DNA from: an uncultured Anaerolinea sp.
Lineage (GTDB): Bacteria > Chloroflexota > Anaerolineae > Anaerolineales > UBA4823
Assembly (NCBI GenBank): GCA_964416275.1
Contig: CAYQDU010000003.1
Coordinates: 1 to 62,131, forward strand
Length of the DNA stretch: 62,131 nt
Reading direction: 5' to 3'
Part shown: piece by piece, positions 25,899 through 35,278 of the stretch
How positions within the stretch are numbered: position 1 is the stretch's first letter
How the letters are laid out: each line of letters starts with the position of its first letter
Made by a program: the position numbers and the translations under genes
The notes under the pieces: model-generated
Told to the model about the DNA's origin: nothing
Databases searched by the model: none
What the model saw: only the letters and a program-made list of their open reading frames with translations

Positions 25899-27320
25899 CT
25901 ATTTTTTGATGAAGGCTTCGCCGCGGGCGAGCCATTGATCGTGGTCGGCGGGGGGGGCGGCGGAGGCCAGCAGGTCTTGGGTCTGCTGGCGCAGGCGGTC
26001 GTCCAGGCGCGGCTGGCCCTGGGCCTGCCATTTTTCCAGGCTCCAGCGCGGGGCCAGCTTGCTGTCGTAGGTGGCGGTTTTGTACAACTGCAGGGTCAGG
26101 TCGGCGTCGAGAAAATTGCCGCCGGGGCCGCGGCGAGCGATCTCGTCCAGCCCCAGGGATTCATCGTCGAGCGCAAAGCCCTGGGAAAAGCGCAGCGCCT
26201 GGGCGATGACCTCGTGCGAGTAGACCAGCAGGCTGGGCGAGAAGGCCTTGGAGCCTAAGGCCCCGCCTACAAAAGGCGCCAGCCCCGATTTTCCCAGCAG
26301 GCTGGTAAGGTGATTGATCCACAGCAGGCCTCCGGCGGCCAGGTCAGCGCCCCAGCCGCTGCCGCTGCCGCTGCCCGATGTTCCGGCGTGGGGCAGGTGG
26401 TAATAAGCCATCATCTCGGCGCAGGCCAGGTTAATCAGCAGGGTATAGGGGTCATAAAAATCCTGCATCGTGCGCATATCGAAGAAAGCCGGCAGGCTGC
26501 CCAGAACTACCGGCGTGCCGGGGCGGGCCAGTTGGGCCAGGGTCAGCCCGGCCAGTAGTTCGGCGTTCATCAAGGCCAGCGTGCCGGCGGCGGTGATGGG
26601 GGTAGACATGCCCGCCAGGCTGTAATTCGAGTAGATGAACGGCAGGCCGCGCTCGATGGTTTCCAGCATCTTATCGGCCGTGCCTTCATTGATAATCAGC
26701 GGGGTAATGGGGTTGAAATAGGGCAGGCAGAAGGGGCGGGCGGCCAGCTCGTCGCCCTGGCCGTATTCGAGCAAATCCAGCGCCCGGCCAAACAGCTTCT
26801 CGTTCGAGATCAGCAGCACCAGCGGCTTGGTGGTGTTGGCCGCCATCTCCAGCACGGCGTACAGGTCGGCGGTTTCGGGCGGGTAATCCTGGATCACGCC
26901 GATGGTCGAAACCACGTCGAAGTGGGGCAGGGCATGGGCCAGGCGCACCGAGTCGGCCATGTGCTGGCGGGCGAAGGGAACGAGGCTGTCGTCGGCCGGG
27001 TTTTGATAATACAGGTTGGTCACTCCGGCTCCAAAGCGAGTGCGGTCGTAGCCCAGGCGGAAGGCCAGCTCGCCAGTGCGGGCGTATAGATCCACCGCTT
27101 GCGGCGCGCTCTGGATCGCCCATTCTACCAGCCGGGGGTCAAGGGCAATGCGATCTTCCGACAGGAAGCTGGCCCCATCGGCGTCGGCGAAAATCTGGCG
27201 GGCGCGAGCCGAATCGACCCGCACCCCGGCCCGCACCAGGATTTCGAGCGATCTTTCATGCACGTAGCGAACCTGTTCGCCGGTTAGAAAGGTTAGATTG
27301 GGAATGGCTAAGCGATTCAT
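25899..27320 (-). CDS. MttB/MtgB-superfamily (trimethylamine methyltransferase family) corrinoid methyltransferase, pyrrolysine-free, paralog 1
   Basis: FLTGEQVRYVHERSLEILVRAGV, YFNPITPL, AGMSTPITAAGTLALMNAELLAGL..AQLARPGTPVV, IARRGPGGNFL. GAGGT ribosome-binding site before the ATG at 27320; no internal TAG. Confidence 0.88.
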   Translation of the reverse strand: MNRLAIPNLTFLTGEQVRYVHERSLEILVRAGVRVDSARARQIFADADGASFLSEDRIALDPRLVEWAIQSAPQAVDLYARTGELAFRLGYDRTRFGAGVTNLYYQNPADDSLVPFARQHMADSVRLAHALPHFDVVSTIGVIQDYPPETADLYAVLEMAANTTKPLVLLISNEKLFGRALDLLEYGQGDELAARPFCLPYFNPITPLIINEGTADKMLETIERGLPFIYSNYSLAGMSTPITAAGTLALMNAELLAGLTLAQLARPGTPVVLGSLPAFFDMRTMQDFYDPYTLLINLACAEMMAYYHLPHAGTSGSGSGSGWGADLAAGGLLWINHLTSLLGKSGLAPFVGGALGSKAFSPSLLVYSHEVIAQALRFSQGFALDDESLGLDEIARRGPGGNFLDADLTLQLYKTATYDSKLAPRWSLEKWQAQGQPRLDDRLRQQTQDLLASAAPPADHDQWLARGEAFIKK

Positions 27321-27411
27321 CGGACCTCGTTTCGTAGTTACGGGATGCGGATTTTCACGGATGGGCATGGATAGAGATTCTTGCACAGATCACAAAGGCC
27401 CCTAAGAACCA

Positions 27412-27448
27412 GGCAGCTCCCCACCTAAGCGGGGTGAAGTTGGCTGGC
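27412..27448 (-). repeat. R1 REP-like module
   Basis: Reverse complement GCCAGCCAACTTCACCCCGCTTAGGTGGGGAGCTGCC matches the copies at 4466, 25818, 33748 and 47113. Confidence 0.7.
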
Positions 27449-27517
27449 GAGCGAAGAAGGGAGCCGTACCTCAAGAATCACAAAGAGAAGAAAAGGCAAG
27501 AAATCTTCACCCGTGGC

Positions 27518-28699
27518 CTACCTTAATAATCTCAGGGCAGTTTCTGCGAGGAGGGCCGCGCCGATGGGCAGGCAGCGCTCGTCCAGGTCGAAATACGGGT
27601 TATGCAGGTGGCGCTCGTCGCCTTCGATGCGGCAGCCCAGGCTGAACATAGCGCCCGGCACGATCTCCGAGAAGCAGCCAAAGTCCTCGGCCCCCAGGCC
27701 GTTTTCGGGCGCTACCAGATGATCTGGCCCCAGCAGGTCGCTGACGGCCTGGCGGATGACCGCGCACACCCCGGCGTCGTTAATCATCGGTGGAGTGCCG
27801 ATCTCGATCTTGAGCTGGTAATCCCCGCCAAGAGTCTTGGCGATTTGCAGCGCCCGTTCGATCTCTTCATGGATGCGGGTCTGGACTTTGGGGTCCATGA
27901 ACCGGATCGTGCCGCTCAGTTCCACCCGGTCGGGAATGACGTTTTCGGTTTGCCCGCCGTGCAGGCTGCCGATCGTGACCACCGCCGGGGCGAACGGGTC
28001 CAGCCGGCGCGAGACGATGCCGTGCAAGGCCAGGATCACATGCCCGGCGATGTAGATCGGGTCGATGCCGACGTGCGGGCTGGCCCCGTGGCAGCCAGAG
28101 CCGTAGATGGTGGCAAAGAACGAATCGACCCCGCCGGAGGCCGGGCCGGATTCAATCTCAATATCACCCACCGCAATATGGGCGGCCACGTGCAGGGCAA
28201 TGATGCTGCGCACGCCCTCCAGCGCCCCGTCTTCGATCATGCGCGGCGCGCCGCTCACGCCTTCGGCGTCGGCCACTTCCTCCGATGGTTGGATCAGGAT
28301 GCGCACCACGCCGGGCAGAGGCTGGCCGCTGGCGCGCGGGTACTGGGCCAGCAGGGCCGCCGCCCCGCAGGCCATCGCCACGTGCGAATCGTGGCCGCAG
28401 GCGTGCATCAGGCCCGGCGTCTCGGAAGCATAGGGTACGTTGGCGGCCTCCAGGATCGGCAGGGCATCCATATCGGCCCGGATGGCGACGATGGGTACCC
28501 CCGGACCCGGCTCTGGCCCGATTTCAGCCACTACACCGGTACGCCCCACCCCGGTGCGCACCCGGCAGCCCAGGCTGCGTAAAATTTCGGCCGCCCGGGC
28601 CGCAGTTTTGATCTCTTGAAAGCCCAGCTCTGGGTGGCGGTGGATTTCGCGCCGCCAGGCGCTCAGTTGTTCGGATAGCAGTTTGGCCTGCGCTAACAT
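27518..28699 (-). CDS. M20D-family amidohydrolase (N-acyl-amino-acid hydrolase-like)
   Basis: WRREIHRHPELGFQE, AIRADMDALP, MHACGHDSH, QPSEE, ALHV, NVIPD, GAEDF, LHNPYFDLDE. GGAGG ribosome-binding site before the ATG at 28699. Confidence 0.9.
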   Translation of the reverse strand: MLAQAKLLSEQLSAWRREIHRHPELGFQEIKTAARAAEILRSLGCRVRTGVGRTGVVAEIGPEPGPGVPIVAIRADMDALPILEAANVPYASETPGLMHACGHDSHVAMACGAAALLAQYPRASGQPLPGVVRILIQPSEEVADAEGVSGAPRMIEDGALEGVRSIIALHVAAHIAVGDIEIESGPASGGVDSFFATIYGSGCHGASPHVGIDPIYIAGHVILALHGIVSRRLDPFAPAVVTIGSLHGGQTENVIPDRVELSGTIRFMDPKVQTRIHEEIERALQIAKTLGGDYQLKIEIGTPPMINDAGVCAVIRQAVSDLLGPDHLVAPENGLGAEDFGCFSEIVPGAMFSLGCRIEGDERHLHNPYFDLDERCLPIGAALLAETALRLLR

Positions 28700-28701
28700 G
28701 G

Positions 28702-30147
28702 TTAGACCTCCAATTCTCGCCTGGCGGCTGCCAGAATTTCGTCCAGGGCCTGCTCTTGGGCCGGCTCCAGCGGGGGAACCCGATGCTGGGCCAGGATGCG
28801 CTCGGCCTCGGCCTGGGCTTTCTCGGCCATGCCCTGCCGCCCGCCCAGCTCCCAACCGTCCCACCCGCTGCGCTCAGCCAGTTTGGTCAGGTTGATCTCG
28901 CCGGCCCGCAAGAAGCGGCTGGTATGGCGCTGGGTGAGGAAGTTGCGGTCGGTCTGCATGGCTGCGGCGATGACCTCCACCGCCAGGCTCTCGGCGTTGG
29001 CGGCGAAACCGCGCTGCAAGCGGCGCACGCTGGCGGCGATTTCATTATCGCACACCATCTGGGCGTAAGAACCCATCACCCCGGCCTCCATCTCGCCGAT
29101 GCCAGATAGCTCGTCGGCCCCAGCCAGGGCGGGGATGGCGGCGTTTAAGGCCCGCTCGAAGCCGTTCTGGATGTCCAGGGTGTGGGCGTTGGTAGAAAAT
29201 CCGTAGACGTTGACCGGCAGGCCGTAGCGATGGGCGATCTGCACCGTGCCGGCCGAGGCCAGGCCCAGCTCGACCCCGCCCCACACCGAATAGCCGGTGC
29301 GGGGTTCCATCATCGCCAGCCGCCCGCAGTAGACGATGGGCAGCCCAGGCCGGGCCAGTTCGGCCAGGACGATGGCGGCCAGCACCTCGGCGTTTTGTTG
29401 GGCGATGGCCCCGGCGATGGACAGCGGCGCAGTGGTTCCGGCGGTGGGGCAGGGCAGGGGGGTGAAGGCCACCCCGGCGCGGGCAATCGCCAGGATGGCC
29501 GCCGCGCCGTCGTCGGGGAATGTCAGTGGGCTGACCGGCGAGACGGCCAGGGTTAACACCTCCGGCGGCGGGCCGATCACCTCAGCCATGCGCAGGACAT
29601 AACCCACCTCAGCGGCGGTCTGCACCCCCGGCCCCTGGAGCGGTTTGGTGGTATTGGATAGGGCGTGGCGGTACATCGCCAGCGACATCAACGGCCCCGG
29701 CGCATCGATGGGGGTGAAGAAGGGCGTGATGGTGGTGGCCGCCTCCAGGGCGTCGAGCAGGCGGGTGCTGTCGCGCACATCTTGCACGGTGGCCCGGCGC
29801 TGCTGGCCCAGCCGATGATCGTAGATGTTGGGCGCGCCGCCCAGGTTGTGCCAATGCTGGCTGCCGTCGCCCAGGGTTTTGGTTTGCCCGCCGCGGCCGC
29901 GCAGGCAGGTCTGTTTGCCAGCCTTTTGCAGGCAGGCCTCCACCAGTTCCGGGGGCAGGAGCAGGCGCTCGCTCTGGCTGCGGTTGGCGGCTTCGGCCGC
30001 CCCTGTACGCAGCTTGCCCCCGGCCTCCAGGATCAGCGCCCGCCCCTCCGGGTGGCTCAAGATCACGCCGGTTTCGGCCAGGATGCGCAAGCTGGCCTGG
30101 TGCAGGGCTTCGACTTCTTCGGGGGTCAGCACGGTCAGGTGAGTCAT
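28702..30147 (-). CDS. MttB-superfamily corrinoid methyltransferase, pyrrolysine-free, paralog 2
   Basis: VLTPEEVEALHQASLRILAETGV, SPVSPL, AGTTAPLSIAGAIAQQNAEVLA, ARPGLPIVY, DIQNGFE, LAGADELSGIG, QMVCDNE. Confidence 0.9.
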   Translation of the reverse strand: MTHLTVLTPEEVEALHQASLRILAETGVILSHPEGRALILEAGGKLRTGAAEAANRSQSERLLLPPELVEACLQKAGKQTCLRGRGGQTKTLGDGSQHWHNLGGAPNIYDHRLGQQRRATVQDVRDSTRLLDALEAATTITPFFTPIDAPGPLMSLAMYRHALSNTTKPLQGPGVQTAAEVGYVLRMAEVIGPPPEVLTLAVSPVSPLTFPDDGAAAILAIARAGVAFTPLPCPTAGTTAPLSIAGAIAQQNAEVLAAIVLAELARPGLPIVYCGRLAMMEPRTGYSVWGGVELGLASAGTVQIAHRYGLPVNVYGFSTNAHTLDIQNGFERALNAAIPALAGADELSGIGEMEAGVMGSYAQMVCDNEIAASVRRLQRGFAANAESLAVEVIAAAMQTDRNFLTQRHTSRFLRAGEINLTKLAERSGWDGWELGGRQGMAEKAQAEAERILAQHRVPPLEPAQEQALDEILAAARRELEV

Positions 30148-30162
30148 AGCGGGTTCCTCCTT

Positions 30163-32007
30163 CTATCGTTCAGTCTTTTTCACTGAAGGCGGGAAATCTT
30201 CCAGGACGCGCCCCAGGTAGGCTGCCCGGCGCAGTTCGTGATCGACCACATTTTCGATCTTCAGAAAGCTATGCCCCTCGTCTTCATATACGATCAGTTC
30301 GACCGGTTTGCCCAGGTGTTCCAGGATTTCTTTGGCGGCGATGGACTCGCTCGCCGGGCAGCGCGGGTCGTTGGCCCCGCCGATGAGCTGCACCGGGGCC
30401 TGGATGCGATCCAGGAAGAAGAACGGCGAGCGCTCGCGCCACCGGTCGGCGTTTTCAACCGGGTCGCCCATGTTTTCGAGGTCCCAGTGGCGCAAGTCCT
30501 GGCGCGAAGCGGCGTGCGAAGTGAACCAGTTGATGAACGGCACGACGGCCGATCCGACCGCAAATTTTTCCGGGTATTGGGTCAGGCAGCTCAGGGTGAG
30601 AAAGCCGCCGTGGCTGCGCCCGGTGACGCCGATGCGCTGCGGGTCGGCCAGGCCGTTTTGCGCCAGGTAATCGGCCCCGGCGGCCACGTCCAGGGTATCG
30701 CCGCGGCCCATCTCATAGCGGTTGGCGTACTGCCAGGCCCGCCCATAGCCGGTGGAGCCGCGATAGTTGGGAGCCAGCACCACCCAGCCCCGGCTGGCGC
30801 AGTGGGCCATGAAAGGATACCACAGGTATTGGAACAGCCAGTTCGGCCCGCCGTGGATGACGATCACCGCAGCGGGGGAAGGGGAGAGGGTGCGAGGCAG
30901 GTAGAGCAGGGCTGGAACCTGGCTGCCGTCGGGCGCATCGTACCAGATATGCCGCGGCAGGATGAAATCTGCGGGCGAGAGGCCGGGCGGCAGCGAGTGG
31001 GTCAGGGGGATGAACTGCCCGCTTGCCAGGTCAAGCTGCCACAGGTCGTCGGGGCGGCATGGGCTGTCGAAGATCAACACAATCCGCCGCCCGTCGGGGG
31101 TGAAGCGCGGGGTGAAGTGCAGCCCCGGCTCTACCTGGAAGCGCTGCCAACCGGGCGCGCCCAGGCGGTGCAGCCCCAGCCAGGTATCTGGCCCCTGGCT
31201 TACAACGCACACCAGGCTGCCCCCATCCGGCGACCAATCTGGCTGGCCCAGGTCGCAGCCTTCGATCTCCAGCCATTCGATTGGCCCGCTTGCTGCCTCC
31301 AGCAGGCCAATCTGGTAGCGCCCGGTGCGGTCAGACGAGAACGCCAGGCGCGCCCCGTCTGGCGACCAGGCTGCTTCTTTAGCGTTGAGCGGCTGCCCAT
31401 CTTGCTGGAGGGCGCAAACTGAACCGGCCGCCTGGCCGGCGGTGGTTAGCGGAATCAGATAGGTGACGTAATCCTGGCCACGGCTTTCGGCGGTTACGGC
31501 CAGCCGGGTGCCATCCGGCGACCAGGTTAGCATCGAGTGCGGGCCGCCCAGATCGCAGACCTTGCGCAGCGCGCCGCCCTCGGCCGGGAGCAGGTAGGTC
31601 TCGAATTTACCATCCCGGTCGGCCAGAATCGCCAGATGTTTGCCATCGGGCGACCAGCTTGTATTGGGTTGGAGGGCGAAAGGGGTAGCGGGGGTCAGGT
31701 TGGTATGGGCCTGAGCGGCAAAGTCCAGCCGCCACAGGTCGAACGACTCGCTCCCATCTAGGTCTACCAGGTACGTCAGGCGAGACCCATCGGGGCTGTA
31801 GCGCGGCCCGAATTTGCCGCCTGGTCCCCCGGTGAGCTGGCAGATTTGCTGCGGGTCGGCCAGCCGTAATTCGTAGATTTCCCACTGGCCGCTGCGGTTC
31901 CACGCAAAGGCGGCTTTCTGCCCATCGGGCGAGAGATCGAAGCCGGTATAGGCTTCGACATAGGGGACGCGCAGCAGGCTTTCCAGGTCTAGAACGCGGT
32001 TTTCCAT
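30163..32007 (-). CDS. S9-family serine peptidase (acylaminoacyl/dipeptidyl peptidase-like) with beta-propeller
   Basis: Repeated WSPDG blades; IHGGP, NYRGSTGYG, nucleophile GRSHGG, NDPRCP (Asp), DEGH (His). No signal peptide. Confidence 0.92.
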   Translation of the reverse strand: MENRVLDLESLLRVPYVEAYTGFDLSPDGQKAAFAWNRSGQWEIYELRLADPQQICQLTGGPGGKFGPRYSPDGSRLTYLVDLDGSESFDLWRLDFAAQAHTNLTPATPFALQPNTSWSPDGKHLAILADRDGKFETYLLPAEGGALRKVCDLGGPHSMLTWSPDGTRLAVTAESRGQDYVTYLIPLTTAGQAAGSVCALQQDGQPLNAKEAAWSPDGARLAFSSDRTGRYQIGLLEAASGPIEWLEIEGCDLGQPDWSPDGGSLVCVVSQGPDTWLGLHRLGAPGWQRFQVEPGLHFTPRFTPDGRRIVLIFDSPCRPDDLWQLDLASGQFIPLTHSLPPGLSPADFILPRHIWYDAPDGSQVPALLYLPRTLSPSPAAVIVIHGGPNWLFQYLWYPFMAHCASRGWVVLAPNYRGSTGYGRAWQYANRYEMGRGDTLDVAAGADYLAQNGLADPQRIGVTGRSHGGFLTLSCLTQYPEKFAVGSAVVPFINWFTSHAASRQDLRHWDLENMGDPVENADRWRERSPFFFLDRIQAPVQLIGGANDPRCPASESIAAKEILEHLGKPVELIVYEDEGHSFLKIENVVDHELRRAAYLGRVLEDFPPSVKKTER

Positions 32008-32097
32008 GGTTGTTTTCTCTGCGCCTGAAATGCGGCGCGAGAGCGTTGGGCCGGCGCAGCCGGCCCAACGCCCATGTGCATCATCGTTGCCCGGGGC

Positions 32098-33558
32098 CTA
32101 CGGCCCGGTTTCCGGCAGGCGATCCATTCCGGCGGCCTGGGCCAGCCGTTCGACCATGCTCACCAGCTCGGCCCGCTGGGCGGCGGGCATCTGGGGCGGC
32201 TGGTAGGCCTGCAGCAGAGCTGCCACGCGGTCCCTGGCGCGGGCAAAGGTGTCGGTGCAGCCTTCTTCCTGCCAGGCGCGCACCGAGCCGCGATCCAGCA
32301 CCGGCGAGGGCAGGTACTGCTCTTGAGAGAACAACTGGCGGGTGAGCTTCTGCTTGAGAAATTCGCCTTTGAAGGCAATGCCGCTGAACATTTCCAGGGC
32401 CAGGGTGGGTGTAGGGGTGCGCATGCCGGCCAGCAGACGTTTGGTCATGGCGATGGCTTCGGCGTCGATCACCAGCTTTTCGACGCTGAAGCAGGCCAGG
32501 AAGTCGAGCATGCCGGGGCCAGAAATCATGTTGATCCCGGCCAGGGCGCCCACCAGGGCGGTCATGCCACTTTCCAGGCCGGCCTGGGCGTCCACCAGTT
32601 TGGCGTCGGACGCGCCCAGGTAGGTGTGGGTGGGCAGGCCCAGGGCTTTGCCCACCTGGGCGTAGGCGGCGTCGATCATGGCTGTCTCGATGGCGCCCAT
32701 GGGGGTGGTGCCTTTGCGCATGTCGAAGATGGCCGGCGCGCCGCCCCACACGATGGGCGCGCCGGGGTTGGCAAGCTGGTGGATCACCACACCGCTCATA
32801 CACTCAGCGGCGTGCTGCACTACTGAGCCGACCAGCGTCACCGGGGCGGCGGCCCCGGCCAGCGGCATCGACACCATCTGAGCCGGTACGCCGGCCCGGG
32901 CCAGTTCGATCAGGTTATCGGCCCCGAAATCGCTCCAGATCAGCGGTGGGGAAGGGCAGACGTCGAACACCGCCTGGGGTTTTTCGGCCAGCGCCCGCCG
33001 CCCGCCGGCGAAGATCGCCAGCATGTCGATCATGGTTTGCAGGGTGCGGATCGAGAAGGCCCCGGTGATGATGGGCTTGTTCGAATACAGCAGCGTCAGG
33101 TACAGGCGATACAGGTCGCCGATGGCCTTGGGAATTTCATTGCACACCACCGCCGTGGATTGAGCGTCCAACTGCGGCAGCATCTCGGTGACTTTGATGA
33201 TCTTGACCAGGTCTTGGGTGTAGGCGGGGTGATGCTCCAGCGTATCAGGGTCCAGCACATGCACGCCCGATGAGCCGGGGTCGAAGGCCACCGCGTCGCC
33301 GCCATAATGGACTACCGCCTCGCCGGCGCGGTTATAGAGATCGAACTGGCCCGGCGCGGTGGACATGGCCTGGCGGGCCATACCCTCGGGGATATAGGCG
33401 ATCTCGTTGGTTTCGTCAATTCTGGCCCCGGCCTCGGCCAGCAAAGCCCGCGCGCTGGGCGACTGAACTTTTATGCCGTGTTCGTCCATCAACTGGAAGG
33501 CTTCTTCCAGAATGCGCTGCACCAGTTCGGGTTCGAGCAATCGAATTTGCGGTTGCAT
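32098..33558 (-). CDS. MttB-superfamily corrinoid methyltransferase, pyrrolysine-free, paralog 3
   Basis: SPPL, AGAAAPVTLVGSVVQHAAE, NPGAPIVWGG, GASDAKLVDAQAGLESGM, AGINMISGPGML, EKLVIDAE. Confidence 0.92.
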   Translation of the reverse strand: MQPQIRLLEPELVQRILEEAFQLMDEHGIKVQSPSARALLAEAGARIDETNEIAYIPEGMARQAMSTAPGQFDLYNRAGEAVVHYGGDAVAFDPGSSGVHVLDPDTLEHHPAYTQDLVKIIKVTEMLPQLDAQSTAVVCNEIPKAIGDLYRLYLTLLYSNKPIITGAFSIRTLQTMIDMLAIFAGGRRALAEKPQAVFDVCPSPPLIWSDFGADNLIELARAGVPAQMVSMPLAGAAAPVTLVGSVVQHAAECMSGVVIHQLANPGAPIVWGGAPAIFDMRKGTTPMGAIETAMIDAAYAQVGKALGLPTHTYLGASDAKLVDAQAGLESGMTALVGALAGINMISGPGMLDFLACFSVEKLVIDAEAIAMTKRLLAGMRTPTPTLALEMFSGIAFKGEFLKQKLTRQLFSQEQYLPSPVLDRGSVRAWQEEGCTDTFARARDRVAALLQAYQPPQMPAAQRAELVSMVERLAQAAGMDRLPETGP

Positions 33559-33607
33559 AAGTTTTCTCTTTCTGTTTTTGCTGCTTGCAGCGGCGAAGCC
33601 GGCGTCG

Positions 33608-33784
33608 CTCCATTAAACCGTGGAACAGGCATGGCGCTTTTCGAGCGCCTTCCAAAGGAGATGTTATGTGGGTTTTGGCGCCCTTTGTGCGACAAAACCC
33701 ACGCTTAACGCTCTTTCCAGGCGAACGAAGCTCGCCAAGCGCAGCTTGCCAGTCACCTCCGCCACGATTGCGTGGGGAGCTGCC
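33608..33784 (+). repeat. R2 element (copy A) followed by an R1 module, inside the MttB cluster
   Basis: CTCCATTAAACCGTGGAACAGGCATGGCGC...GCGCC...GGGTTTTGGCGC-CCTTTGT-GCGACAAAACCC...CTCTTTCCAGGCG is near-identical to 46987-47115. Confidence 0.85.
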
Positions 33785-33814
33785 GCGAAGCCAGCTGCAA
33801 GCAGCAAAAGATTT

Positions 33815-35266
33815 TTACGCGCCTTCGGCGGCGGCGATGATGCGGGCTAACTCGGCCGAAACGGCCGGGTCCAGCAGGTCGGGCTGGTGGGTTTCCATGA
33901 TCTGACGGGCTTTGGCGGTGGCCCACTCGACGGCCCCATCCTGTTTTTCTTCCCATTCATTGTAGGGGCGGCGATCCATGTACTGCGGCAGGAACATCTC
34001 GCGCATGTGGCGCAGAGTGTGCTTCTGCTTGAGGAAGTTGCCGCCGGGGCCAACGGTGTTGATCACGTCCAGGGCCAGGGTTTCGTCATCTACCACAATG
34101 CCTTGCAGCATTTTGTGGACGATGCTATAGATTTCGCAGTCCATCAGCATCTCGGCATACGACCAGATGCGGCTGCCGTGCAGGAACCCGGCCCCCAGCA
34201 GCATGTCCGACATGACGATGCAGGCCATGAAGGTGGATAGGCTGTTATCGACGCCGGCCTGCCAGTTGGGCTGTTTGGCCCCGGTGGCAAACGAGCCCAT
34301 CGAAAGCGGGATGTTGTAGTAGTCGGACAGTACGTTGGTGGCGGCCCCAAACAGGAAATCTTCCGGGCCGCCGCCGGTGTAGGCCCCGCTGCGCGGGTCG
34401 GAGGCGGTCTGGGCGGCGGCGTAGAACACCGGCGCGCCAGGGTAAGCCATCTGGATCAGGGCGGTAGCGGCCACCACCTCGGCGTTGCCCACCACCAGGT
34501 TGCCTGCCAGGGTGGCCGGGCCGGTGGTGAGCATGGAGGCCATGGTCATAAAGCCCACCGGCACGCCGGCCTCGGCCCCGATCAGGGCCGCCTCCAGGCT
34601 GCCGCCATCGTGGCCCAGGGGCGGGGCGGTGCATTGCATCAGCGACAGCACCGGGCGTTTGCGAAGCTGCTCGCGCCCGCCAGCCACGGCGGCTGCCATC
34701 TCGATGGCGGCCAGCGCTTCGGCCTCCGAGTACACGCTTTCGGTCTGGACGTGCTTGGTGGAGTGATCCCACACGGCTTTCAGCTCGTGCAGGCCGCGGG
34801 TGTGGGCGGGCTTATCCTGGGCCGAAACGGCCACCCAGTGAAAGCCGATCTCTTCCTGATAATCGGCCACTTTGGCGATGTCGGCCACGTCCTGCAGTTT
34901 GGTGCGCCGCCGCTCGCCGCTGTACAGGTCGATCACTTCCACGCCGCAGCCGTCGGTGCCGAGGAAAACATGGTTGCCGTCCAGCGGCAAGTCTTGGGAT
35001 GGGTCGCGCGCCGCCAGGGTGTAGGCGGGCGGAGCTTTCTTCAGGGCGGCTTCGATCAGGTGGCCGGGGGCTTTGACGATGGAGGTATCCCAATCGACGT
35101 TGGCGCCGTTGGCGGCCCAGATTTCCAGCGCCCGTTTGGAAGGGAAGCGCACGCCGGTCTTTTCGATCACCGCCAGGGTGGCGGTATGCAGGCGCTCGAC
35201 CTCGGCGTGGGTCAGGATGTTCAGACCCAGCTTGGGGTTGGTGATGGATTTGATTTTGCGCGCCAT
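33815..35266 (-). CDS. MttB-superfamily corrinoid methyltransferase, pyrrolysine-free, paralog 4
   Basis: ILTHAEVERLHTATLAVIEKTGV, APPL, TGPATLAGNLVVGNAEV, QMAYPGAPVFY, AKQPNWQAGVD, EMLMDCE, VGPGGNFL. Confidence 0.92.
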   Translation of the reverse strand: MARKIKSITNPKLGLNILTHAEVERLHTATLAVIEKTGVRFPSKRALEIWAANGANVDWDTSIVKAPGHLIEAALKKAPPAYTLAARDPSQDLPLDGNHVFLGTDGCGVEVIDLYSGERRRTKLQDVADIAKVADYQEEIGFHWVAVSAQDKPAHTRGLHELKAVWDHSTKHVQTESVYSEAEALAAIEMAAAVAGGREQLRKRPVLSLMQCTAPPLGHDGGSLEAALIGAEAGVPVGFMTMASMLTTGPATLAGNLVVGNAEVVAATALIQMAYPGAPVFYAAAQTASDPRSGAYTGGGPEDFLFGAATNVLSDYYNIPLSMGSFATGAKQPNWQAGVDNSLSTFMACIVMSDMLLGAGFLHGSRIWSYAEMLMDCEIYSIVHKMLQGIVVDDETLALDVINTVGPGGNFLKQKHTLRHMREMFLPQYMDRRPYNEWEEKQDGAVEWATAKARQIMETHQPDLLDPAVSAELARIIAAAEGA

Positions 35267-35278
35267 GCGTTTGTCCTT

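Noticed and set aside
33560-33815. Cobalamin or other riboswitch in the MttB-cluster intergenic gaps
   Set aside because: No B12-box (GGGAA…GCCACTG) core was found; the structured sequence is the R2/R1 repeat also present at unrelated loci.
25899-35266. Pyrrolysine read-through (in-frame TAG) in the MttB genes
   Set aside because: All four ORFs are uninterrupted and no pylT/pylS/pylBCD are visible.
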